Positions 17,223 to 24,534 of a stretch of 35,340 nucleotides of DNA are shown here, in pieces; the first letter of the stretch is position 1; each line of letters starts with the position of its first letter. Under the pieces are notes generated by a model that was given only the letters and a program-made list of their open reading frames with translations, was not told the DNA's origin and ran no database searches. Made by a program: the position numbers and the translations under genes. Origin of the DNA: a virus (lineage: Duplodnaviria; Caudoviricetes); the IMG/VR virus record IMGVR_UViG_3300034061_003595, positions 1 through 35,340 of that record. One strand, 5' to 3'.

Positions 17223-18004
17223 GATACATCAAAGCAGATGTAGACGTTTTGAGTGACGAAATAACGATTTTCCCAATTGGCGATTTGCACATCGGTTCAC
17301 CACATTTTGAACGAAAAATACTAGATAAACAACTTAAAAAAATCGATGAAACGAAGAACGCAAGAATAATCTTGATGGGCGACCTTGCGGAGGTATCTAC
17401 TAAAACGTCAGTGGGAGCGGGAGTTTACGAGCAAGACCAAAACGGGCAACAGCAGATGATGCTCGCTAAATCGATACTATATCCATATAGAGAAATTATT
17501 GACTGTATCGTTGGCGGTAATCACGAGGAACGAATTCGGAAAGATAGTGGATTTGACTTGTCTTTGTACTTTGCACAACTTATGGGTCTTGAGGATAAAT
17601 ATGCTAATTACCAGGGCGTTGTTAACTATACTCTCAATCAGCGTTCTTTCGATGTATCCGTTTGGCATGGTGCAGGTGGAGGTTCGACTCCTGGCGGTGC
17701 GATGAATCGGCTAGTTAAACAATCCAGCACAGTTCTCGCTGATATCTACTTGATGGGACACGTCCACCAAAGACAAGCTTGCTCAAAACAATTGTATATC
17801 CCTGACCCACGAAACTCTAAAATAGATTTGATGCAACAATATTTTGTAGTGACAGGTTCGGCGTTGATCCACGAAAACAGCTACGCAGAAATGGCTGGAT
17901 TTGCACCTTCCAACGTCGGATTTCCCAAGATTCATTTGAGTGTTAAACGAAAAATGGTAAATGAATCCAATATAAGATATAAAAGTGTGAAGGTGGAAAT
18001 CTGA
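17219..18004 (+). CDS. Calcineurin-like metallophosphoesterase
   Basis: GDLHIG, MGD, GNHE, WHG and GHVH motifs. Confidence 0.88.
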   Translation: MRYIKADVDVLSDEITIFPIGDLHIGSPHFERKILDKQLKKIDETKNARIILMGDLAEVSTKTSVGAGVYEQDQNGQQQMMLAKSILYPYREIIDCIVGGNHEERIRKDSGFDLSLYFAQLMGLEDKYANYQGVVNYTLNQRSFDVSVWHGAGGGSTPGGAMNRLVKQSSTVLADIYLMGHVHQRQACSKQLYIPDPRNSKIDLMQQYFVVTGSALIHENSYAEMAGFAPSNVGFPKIHLSVKRKMVNESNIRYKSVKVEI

Positions 18005-18150
18005 TGAACGAAGGCGAGTATTATACTTTTGTCTTATTGCTGAATGAATTAAAAAAGTTTCCCGATTTAAATCAAGAGCATATACGATACATCGAAAAAC
18101 AGTTAGAAAGTATATCACCAGAAAGTTTGAGAGGTGAAAAAATTGGCTAA
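18004..18150 (+). CDS. 48-aa hypothetical protein (not in ORF track)
   Basis: MNEGEYYTFVLLLNELKKFPDLNQEHIRYIEKQLESISPESLRGEKIG*. TGATG coupling. Confidence 0.6.
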   Translation: MNEGEYYTFVLLLNELKKFPDLNQEHIRYIEKQLESISPESLRGEKIG

Positions 18151-18307
18151 GTTTATAAGCACAGATGATTGGGCGGACTACCTGCATGAGGGACTAATCG
18201 CAAACGGGATAGTTCCCGACGAAGATATGATAATGTTGCTAATTGATTTGACGCTAGACTTTTTTGATGAAGAACAAATAATAGACTACTCCATCGAAAT
18301 AGAATAG
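18143..18307 (+). CDS. 54-aa acidic YozD-like protein (not in ORF track)
   Basis: TTG start after GAGGTG. MAKFISTDDWADYLHEGLIANGIVPDEDMIMLLIDLTLDFFDEEQIID resembles Bacillus YozD (from recall). Confidence 0.55.
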   Translation: MAKFISTDDWADYLHEGLIANGIVPDEDMIMLLIDLTLDFFDEEQIIDYSIEIE

Positions 18308-18317
18308 TCTACTAGTT

Positions 18318-18599
18318 TTAATATAATTGAATTCCAACTTTTTCAGCCATCTCATAAATTATGGGTTCTATGCTTTCTGACTGCTCCCATTCTTTTTCCA
18401 TGTTTGCCATTTTTGCTAATAATCCGTACAAGTACAAATTATGTTCCGATGATTTATTTATGGCTTTTTGTAGTGTTCTGTTGCATATTTCTGCAAAACC
18501 TACCTCGTGTTGTTCGTCATCGAAATATTCATCTGTGAATATTTTTCTTGTATTATTTAAAAATTCTTTAATGTTTACGTTTATCCAATATAAACTCAT
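18318..18599 (-). CDS. Early hypothetical protein
   Basis: 93 aa, acidic, RBS GGGGTG, TAATG-coupled. Confidence 0.65.
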   Translation of the reverse strand: MSLYWINVNIKEFLNNTRKIFTDEYFDDEQHEVGFAEICNRTLQKAINKSSEHNLYLYGLLAKMANMEKEWEQSESIEPIIYEMAEKVGIQLY

Positions 18600-18751
18600 T
18601 AACTCACCCCTATTTTTAAATTTTCTAAATCTTCTAGCGTGTAGTACTCAAACATGATTATCGGGCAATCCTCACACACCCACGTATGAGTTTTAACAGA
18701 TTCCTGATACTTCAAGTTTCCATTACAGCACGGGCATTTTAAATCGGTCAT
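18599..18751 (-). CDS. Early zinc-ribbon protein
   Basis: MTDLKCPCCNG...WVCEDC. ATG at 18751 after GGAGG (shorter than the ORF-track call). Confidence 0.7.
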   Translation of the reverse strand: MTDLKCPCCNGNLKYQESVKTHTWVCEDCPIIMFEYYTLEDLENLKIGVS

Positions 18752-18794
18752 TGTATCATTTCCTCCAGCTCGATTATTTCGCTTAATTTCATTG

Positions 18795-18989
18795 CTAAAC
18801 ATATTCAATTCTATTAATTTTGCTGTAATCATATTCGTCAAGTTGTTTTTCGTTGTTTTCAAAAATCCAATATACAATACAATGCCATCCATTTTTGTCT
18901 ACTCCTTTAGCCGACATCTCGAAGTATTCATTTCCGTCAAACACTTTACCTGTAATTTCAGCTTGTCCTAATAATTTAATATTTTCCAT
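18795..18989 (-). CDS. Early hypothetical protein
   Basis: 64 aa, RBS GGAGGTG. Confidence 0.7.
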   Translation of the reverse strand: MENIKLLGQAEITGKVFDGNEYFEMSAKGVDKNGWHCIVYWIFENNEKQLDEYDYSKINRIEYV

Positions 18990-19008
18990 TTAATTCACCT
19001 CCAATATT

Positions 19009-19278
19009 TCATATCCGATAATATCCGATAATATCCGTTGCAAAACAATCGTTTTCGTCATCTTCTAAATATTCTCCGTACTCGACTCCGACCATGTATT
19101 CTTCGTTTCCGATGTAGCTGTAAAAAATTTTTCCGTCTCGTTCATTTTCCGTGTAGTCGAACGGATTAACTCGGAAGCAACTTGTATACTCCATCCCGTT
19201 CCATCCGTCAATTGCAATCAGCATGTCATCAACTTCTACGACTTCGATGTTATTGTTCCACCATTTCCCAACAACCAT
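19009..19278 (-). CDS. Early acidic hypothetical protein
   Basis: 89 aa, RBS GGAGGTG. Confidence 0.7.
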   Translation of the reverse strand: MVVGKWWNNNIEVVEVDDMLIAIDGWNGMEYTSCFRVNPFDYTENERDGKIFYSYIGNEEYMVGVEYGEYLEDDENDCFATDIIGYYRI

Positions 19279-19527
19279 TCAAATCACCTCCATATAAAAT
19301 TCGATTTGTTTGTCGCCGTTTGCGTCAAAGTAACCATTACTAAAAAAAGTTTCGCAATCTCCATCGTTGTACACGATAATTTCCGGATAAACACTTGTCT
19401 CTAACAACACAAATGTTTCCTCGTTTTTAAAATTTGACTTCCCATTGTTTGCTTCTAAAATTTCAGTTGAAGCATCGCTTAACTCGATTTGAAACCCTGT
19501 TAAATTTTTTGCAAATACTTTTCTCAA
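19279..19527 (-). CDS. Early acidic hypothetical protein
   Basis: 82 aa, TTG start, RBS AAAGGAG. Confidence 0.7.
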   Translation of the reverse strand: MRKVFAKNLTGFQIELSDASTEILEANNGKSNFKNEETFVLLETSVYPEIIVYNDGDCETFFSNGYFDANGDKQIEFYMEVI

Positions 19528-19562
19528 TTAAATCATCTCCTTTTTTTTAATTTCTTAGTAAC

Positions 19563-19592
19563 AATATAACATATATTAGTTTTGAATGTCAA
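19563..19592 (-). promoter_or_regulatory. Sigma-A early promoter
   Basis: TTGACA-N18-TATATT with TGn extension and an A-rich UP element. Confidence 0.75.
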
Positions 19593-19631
19593 CACTTTTA
19601 TTTATATTTTTTAAACTTTTTTTATATTAGA

Positions 19632-19660
19632 ACGAAGCTACTTACCACGAAGCTACTTAC
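19632..19660. repeat. 14-bp tandem direct repeat
   Basis: ACGAAGCTACTTAC at 19632 and 19647. Inverted 10-bp core TAAGTAGCTT at 19849-19858. Confidence 0.85.
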
Positions 19661-19699
19661 ACAAAACCCGGAGCAAAAAAAACAGCAACAGCAGAGAAG

Positions 19700-19773
19700 C
19701 GAACAAGTGTTCGTGCGAACAAGTGTTCTTATTTTTAAAAATACGAACATATGTTCTTAGGAACAAGTGTTCT
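19700..19773. promoter_or_regulatory. Array of four Gram-positive LexA (SOS/Cheo) boxes
   Basis: CGAACAAGTGTTCG at 19700, CGAACAAGTGTTCT at 19716, CGAACATATGTTCT at 19744 and GGAACAAGTGTTCT at 19760. All match GAAC-N4-GTTC. Confidence 0.85.
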
Positions 19774-19935
19774 CTTTTTTTTGGCTCACTAGGATTGATT
19801 GTAATCGATTTTAATCATTGAGTTAATACCATTACATTAAATCAATACTAAGTAGCTTAAATCTAATTTTAAGCGTTCTAGTGATATCCGATTAAAACTA
19901 TTTAGCGTGTGACCACAATCAACTATTTTGATTGC

Positions 19936-19970
19936 AAAAAAAAAACTTGCTAGTTTAAATCTAGCAAGTT
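19936..19970 (-). terminator. Intrinsic terminator closing the first early transcript
   Basis: AACTTGCTAG-N7-CTAGCAAGTT stem with a U-run on the minus strand. Confidence 0.8.
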
Positions 19971-20101
19971 ATTTATGGTGTTATTTACTTTTTTACTTTT
20001 CTTTTTTTTGGATAAATCCATTTCAAATTGCTTTAAGTCTTTATAACTTGTAAATCTTATTTTAATCACGTTATAGTATTTATCTATATATTTTTTAACT
20101 A

Positions 20102-20797
20102 TCATTCCGGATCAACCACAAATCCGCTATAATCGTGAATCGCTTTTCCTTTTGCTTTTAATCCTACAATCGAATTTATTGGATCTAAAAACCTTAAATC
20201 GGTTTTATCGCCATCAACGACTTCCCTGCCCAAAAAAGTTGTAGGCAATTCTTTTCTGAAAACAACAGCAATTCTTTTTTGACTTTTAATTGCCTCTTTT
20301 GTGCTGAACTCAAATTCTTTTCTAGTGCTATAGCTAAAAGTTAAATCATAATTTTTTGGTAAACTTCTTGTAAGCCTTTTACTAATTTTAGTATAATCAT
20401 AAAACTGGATTCCAGGGAAGGCGTCAAAAATGTTTTTGTACTCTTTATATGGGATGTTTTCGTAGGGTATGTCAGATGTCCCATTCAACCTTATAACTGG
20501 AATTTGGTTTTCTTTTTTTGCTTTTTTGATTAAAGATTCTATTTCTTTTGCTAATTGTTCCATGAAACCGGACCGATCTTTATAAAAAAATTCTTTTCTT
20601 TTTTCTCTTGCTTCGTTTATGCTTTTGTAAATTCCTGCTAATCCTGCTGTTACTAAGCAAGCCTCTAGGCAATTTGCCTGCTTAGCAAATGGACAAGTTT
20701 TTTTGTCCGGTAACATATATAGGATACCTGTTAAGTACCCCAGCTTTTCGCCTTTACTTGTCTTAGCGTTATCAATTGTCAGTAACATTTTGATCAA
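20102..20797 (-). CDS. Gene product 88 (GP88)-like protein with Cys triad
   Basis: NAKTSKGEKLGYLTGILY, CPFAKQANCLEAC, IRLNGTSDI, QFYDYTK, YDLTFS and DGDKTDLRFLDP motifs. Confidence 0.75.
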   Translation of the reverse strand: MIKMLLTIDNAKTSKGEKLGYLTGILYMLPDKKTCPFAKQANCLEACLVTAGLAGIYKSINEAREKRKEFFYKDRSGFMEQLAKEIESLIKKAKKENQIPVIRLNGTSDIPYENIPYKEYKNIFDAFPGIQFYDYTKISKRLTRSLPKNYDLTFSYSTRKEFEFSTKEAIKSQKRIAVVFRKELPTTFLGREVVDGDKTDLRFLDPINSIVGLKAKGKAIHDYSGFVVDPE

Positions 20798-20848
20798 CTC
20801 TTTTCTTTTTTTTAATTGTGGAAGTGATCTATAACTTTTGTATTAATG

Positions 20849-20941
20849 TTACTTATTCATCATTTGATCAATCTTTAGTAAAATTTTAACTATAAGATAT
20901 GCTACTGAAAAACAGCATACTAGTAAAATTAGATTTATCAT
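20849..20941 (-). CDS. 30-aa hydrophobic peptide (not in ORF track)
   Basis: MINLILLVCCFSVAYLIVKILLKIDQMMNK*. RBS GAAGGGAAGTG. Confidence 0.6.
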   Translation of the reverse strand: MINLILLVCCFSVAYLIVKILLKIDQMMNK

Positions 20942-20998
20942 GTTTTCACTTCCCTTCAAAAAAAATTCGGTTTTAAGGTTGACCGAAAACCTTATAGT

Positions 20999-21250
20999 TT
21001 ATAAATCGTGTCGCATTCGAATGTATTCATTTAAAAATCCGCTGTCTTTTATCTCGCTACTAATTGTATCTAGTAAATAATTGTCGTCTACTAGAATTCC
21101 ATCAAGACAATCTTCATAGAATTCTATTAAGTCTTCTTTTAGTGTTTTTGAATTTTCATCTAACGAAAAACTTCCATTGTCGAACGGATCAAAAACGTCC
21201 AACGCGTTAGCGACTTCCACCGATGAAATTGTAAAATAAAACATTTTCAT
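20999..21250 (-). CDS. Early acidic hypothetical protein (alternative GTG start at 21331)
   Basis: ATG at 21250 follows GGGGG. Highly acidic 83-aa product. Confidence 0.65.
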   Translation of the reverse strand: MKMFYFTISSVEVANALDVFDPFDNGSFSLDENSKTLKEDLIEFYEDCLDGILVDDNYLLDTISSEIKDSGFLNEYIRMRHDL

Positions 21251-21352
21251 AACACGCCCCCAATCGGAATTAGTAGTATTCTTCTTCTTCCACCAAATTG
21301 ATCCTAAAACTTGTAAATCCGATACATTCACTTCCCTTCTTATTATGATCTT

Positions 21353-21499
21353 TTAGTTAGTCCCTACTATTAGAAGGTCAAAAACTTCGCCTTCTAATTC
21401 TGCCAATCTGAGTTGACTAATTACTTTTTTAAATTGCTTTTCGTTATCTACGAAAAGCTTTTTTCTTGTACCGAATATATCGGTATAGTATATGTACAT
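21353..21499 (-). CDS. 48-aa early protein (not in ORF track)
   Basis: MYIYYTDIFGTRKKLFVDNEKQFKKVISQLRLAELEGEVFDLLIVGTN*. TAATG-coupled, RBS GGGAAGTG. Confidence 0.65.
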   Translation of the reverse strand: MYIYYTDIFGTRKKLFVDNEKQFKKVISQLRLAELEGEVFDLLIVGTN

Positions 21500-21711
21500 T
21501 AGTACACTTCCCATTCGATATATTTTTGGGACTCAAAAAACTCATTGTCCCATAGTGCACTATCATGCACTAATAATAATTCAAGATTTGCAATCTGACT
21601 AATGAGTTTGTCAGATACTGACATTTCCAAAAACTCATAATCCGATTGTATTGCATACAAGCGATTTAATTCCGCTTGCATTTGTTCCTTTTCTTTTTTA
21701 CTTAAAAACAT
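21499..21711 (-). CDS. Early hypothetical protein
   Basis: 70 aa, RBS GAAGGGAAGTG. Confidence 0.65.
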   Translation of the reverse strand: MFLSKKEKEQMQAELNRLYAIQSDYEFLEMSVSDKLISQIANLELLLVHDSALWDNEFFESQKYIEWEVY

Positions 21712-21776
21712 ATTCCACTTCCCTTCTTTTTTCTGATAGTCCCTTCAGCACGGAAATTATCCGTGGACTATCCTTT

Positions 21777-21968
21777 TTAGGATATTTTCGACTTTTGTTC
21801 CATGTATTTTTTTAATTCTATTACTTCTTTTTCGTCTGCTATTAAGCAAAATTCATGGAAATGATTGAAAAACTTTTTGGTGCTTATTCGATTGTCCATA
21901 CCATGTAAAAATTCAAATCTTGACTTATCATAGTAGTGTTTTACAATATTAATCTTATAATTACTCAT
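21777..21968 (-). CDS. Early hypothetical protein
   Basis: 63 aa, overlaps the upstream gene. Confidence 0.6.
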   Translation of the reverse strand: MSNYKINIVKHYYDKSRFEFLHGMDNRISTKKFFNHFHEFCLIADEKEVIELKKYMEQKSKIS

Positions 21969-22200
21969 TTACCAAAACCCCCAAGCTTGCATATATATTC
22001 ATCAACCGTTCCTTCCATTTTAATACTTCTACATCATTTTCAGTTGAATCTTCATACATCTCTTGTAGTGAGTCCATCACTACTTCTACTACTTCATCGA
22101 TTGTCAAATCGCATTCATCTTCATCAAGTAGACTTGCATAATCATTTGAGCATCCGATTTGTCTATCTAGCCATTCCAAATAACTTTTCAATTCGTTCAT
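21961..22200 (-). CDS. First early gene, very acidic 79-aa protein
   Basis: RBS AAGAGGA. Strongly D/E-rich helical protein. Confidence 0.7.
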   Translation of the reverse strand: MNELKSYLEWLDRQIGCSNDYASLLDEDECDLTIDEVVEVVMDSLQEMYEDSTENDVEVLKWKERLMNIYASLGVLVNE

Positions 22201-22220
22201 TCCATCCTCTTTTCTTGATA

Positions 22221-22396
22221 GGAACGTCTGTTCTCTATCGAATTTTATTGTAATTACTCACAATTAAAGACTAACATAATATAAATACAATTGCAAGCTT
22301 TTTTTTAATAAAAGTTAAACATAGATATTTATACAGCAAAATACGAACATATGTTCTCATACAGCATGGATCTAAAAAAATAAGAACATACGTTCT
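22221..22396. promoter_or_regulatory. Early promoter (minus strand, 22268-22296) flanked by three LexA boxes
   Basis: TTGCAA-N17-TAGTCT with TGn. Boxes GGAACGTCTGTTCT at 22221, CGAACATATGTTCT at 22344 and AGAACATACGTTCT at 22383. Confidence 0.75.
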
Positions 22397-22697
22397 CATA
22401 TGGTATATCCTTCTATGGATGGTATGTTATATATAAACATACTAAATTTTAGTAGTTTAGTTATAAATAGTTATAGATAGAAGTTATAGTTAGAATTTAC
22501 AATGTTTTCCATATTAACATTTATACCCATGTAACCCAAACAAACAGCTACGTATATATATTATTACATCATATACAAATTGACACTTTTCACTCTTTAC
22601 AAAATTTTCCATTTAAACAGCAAAAAAAAGACGATAATAATATCGTTGTTTCCTTTCCCCTCCCTTAGAATCCCTCCCCTATCCTTCAACACTCACT

Positions 22698-22736
22698 TGA
22701 ACTTAATCTAGTGAACTTAATCTTTTGAACTTATCT
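22698..22736. repeat. Three direct repeats at a 14-bp period upstream of terL
   Basis: TGAACTTAATCT at 22698 and 22712, TGAACTTATCT at 22726. Confidence 0.75.
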
Positions 22737-22912
22737 TTTAAGTATTTAAAATACTAAATACATTCGACATTCAACATATCGTTTCCTTCTAAGAAAAGTT
22801 TATAAGATGTGAACAATTTGTGAACACTATAAAAGATTGAAAAATAAAAGAAGGAAGGGTAAAATAGATTAGGGAAGGCTAGAAAAAATTTTTCCCAAAA
22901 ATCGAGGTACCT

Positions 22913-24295
22913 ATGCAAATTAAGATAAACCCTTATCCAAGACAAATTGAGTTCTTTAAGTCTAAAGCACGTTATATTGCGTATGGTGGTGCTAGAGGTG
23001 GAGGGAAGTCTTGGGCAGCACGTATGAAGGCAGTTCTATTAGCAATTCGTTACGAAGGCATACAGATACTTCTATTAAGACGTTCGTTGAAAGAGTTACG
23101 TGAAAACCACGTTCTCCCGCTTCAAAAGATTCTTAAAGACACCGCTAAGTTCTCAGAAATGAATAAAGAGTTCATCTTTCATACAGGCTCTCGTATTGTA
23201 CTAGGTTACTGTTCAACTGAATCTGATGTGCTTCAGTATCAAGGACAAGCGTATGACGTCATCTTCTTAGAAGAAGCTACACAGTTTACAGAGCTACAGT
23301 TCAGAACCTTTACAGAATCAAATCGTTCTAGTGGTCAAATGAAAGAGCGTTTCTCACCTCGTATGTACTTTACTTGTAATCCAGGTGGAGTAGGTCACAA
23401 TTGGGTAAAACGTCTGTTTATTGATAAAATGTACACAGGTAAAGAAAAAGCAGAGAATTATCATTTTATTAAATCAACTGTTTACGACAACAGGTATCTT
23501 ATGGAGAATAACCCTGAATATGTAGAGAACCTAGAGAACCTCCCTGATGCTCGTAGAAAAGCAATGTTATATGGAGATTGGGACGCATTTGAAGGTCAAT
23601 ATTTCGAGGAATTTAGTCATGAAATACACGTTTGCGATGCGTTTGAGATTCCGCAACATTGGGATAAATATGTATCTTTAGACTATGGATTAGATATGTT
23701 GGCTGTTTATTGGTACGCTATAGATTCAGAAGGAAACGCATTTGTGTATCGAGAGTTTTGTGAACCTAATCTTATCATTAGTGATGCATGTAAACGTATC
23801 TTATCTTTAACCAAAGAACAAATCAAAACATTTTATGCTCCACCTGACTTATGGAATAGACGACAAGATACAGGTAAGAGTGCAGCAGAGGTTTTTCAAG
23901 AGAATGGCATCTTTCTAACGAAGTCAAATAACGACCGAGTTCAAGGGTGGTACAACGTAAAAGAATGGATACAAGTCCTTAAAGTAAAAGACGAACAAAC
24001 AGGAGAAGAAAAAAGTAGTACACGCTTGAAAATTTGGAAAAATTGTGCTACTCTTATTAAGAATTTACCATTACTACAACATGACGACAAAAAACCTAAC
24101 GATGTGTCAAATGACCCACACGAACTGACACACAGTCCCGATGCTTTACGATATTTTTGTTCAATGAGAACCCCTCCTACCGCTAAAATAACAGCTAAAC
24201 CTTTAAAAGGTGCTTTTGATAAATTTTTTAAAGAAGATTCATCGAAGGAATATCAAATCGATGATAGTTATGTGAAATTTGGAGGTATGAAATGA
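22913..24295 (+). CDS. terL: Terminase large subunit
   Basis: Walker A YGGARGGGKS, Walker B FLEEA, TCNPGG, nuclease SLDYG and HSPDALRY. Confidence 0.95.
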   Translation: MQIKINPYPRQIEFFKSKARYIAYGGARGGGKSWAARMKAVLLAIRYEGIQILLLRRSLKELRENHVLPLQKILKDTAKFSEMNKEFIFHTGSRIVLGYCSTESDVLQYQGQAYDVIFLEEATQFTELQFRTFTESNRSSGQMKERFSPRMYFTCNPGGVGHNWVKRLFIDKMYTGKEKAENYHFIKSTVYDNRYLMENNPEYVENLENLPDARRKAMLYGDWDAFEGQYFEEFSHEIHVCDAFEIPQHWDKYVSLDYGLDMLAVYWYAIDSEGNAFVYREFCEPNLIISDACKRILSLTKEQIKTFYAPPDLWNRRQDTGKSAAEVFQENGIFLTKSNNDRVQGWYNVKEWIQVLKVKDEQTGEEKSSTRLKIWKNCATLIKNLPLLQHDDKKPNDVSNDPHELTHSPDALRYFCSMRTPPTAKITAKPLKGAFDKFFKEDSSKEYQIDDSYVKFGGMK

Positions 24296-24531
24296 ATTTA
24301 TTTTTCGAAATATTAGTATTTTTACTATTAATATCGAGTATTGTGTACAATTTTCATTTACAAAAACTATTTATTACCTATAAATACGATGCAGAGATTA
24401 TAAAAGAAGTCAAAATAGAAAAAGTTATAGAAAAAAGCAACAAAAAAGATATTGAAACTCCAGAAGATAAAATGATTTCAGGGCTAAATAACCTTCTTAC
24501 TTACGATGGTAGTCCTAATAAAAAGGAGTAA
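24292..24531 (+). CDS. Small membrane-anchored hypothetical protein
   Basis: N-terminal TM helix, RBS GGAGGT, ATGA coupling. Confidence 0.7.
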   Translation: MNLFFEILVFLLLISSIVYNFHLQKLFITYKYDAEIIKEVKIEKVIEKSNKKDIETPEDKMISGLNNLLTYDGSPNKKE

Positions 24532-24534
24532 ACG

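Noticed and set aside
19632-19773. Repeats as a mini CRISPR array
   Set aside because: Units are 14 bp with 1-14 bp gaps, with no spacer-sized unique segments and no cas genes. They fit operator sites.
21735-21772. Hammerhead ribozyme suggested by the CTGAAG bulge
   Set aside because: Lacks the complete CUGANGA, the GAAA element and the third stem.
22763-22769. Spo0A box (TTCGACA) upstream of terL
   Set aside because: A single 7-mer that also occurs inside coding regions (e.g. ~12773), so it is expected by chance.
22754-22945. 63-aa minus-strand ORF upstream of terL
   Set aside because: Low-complexity Phe-rich translation of a regulatory region with no RBS.
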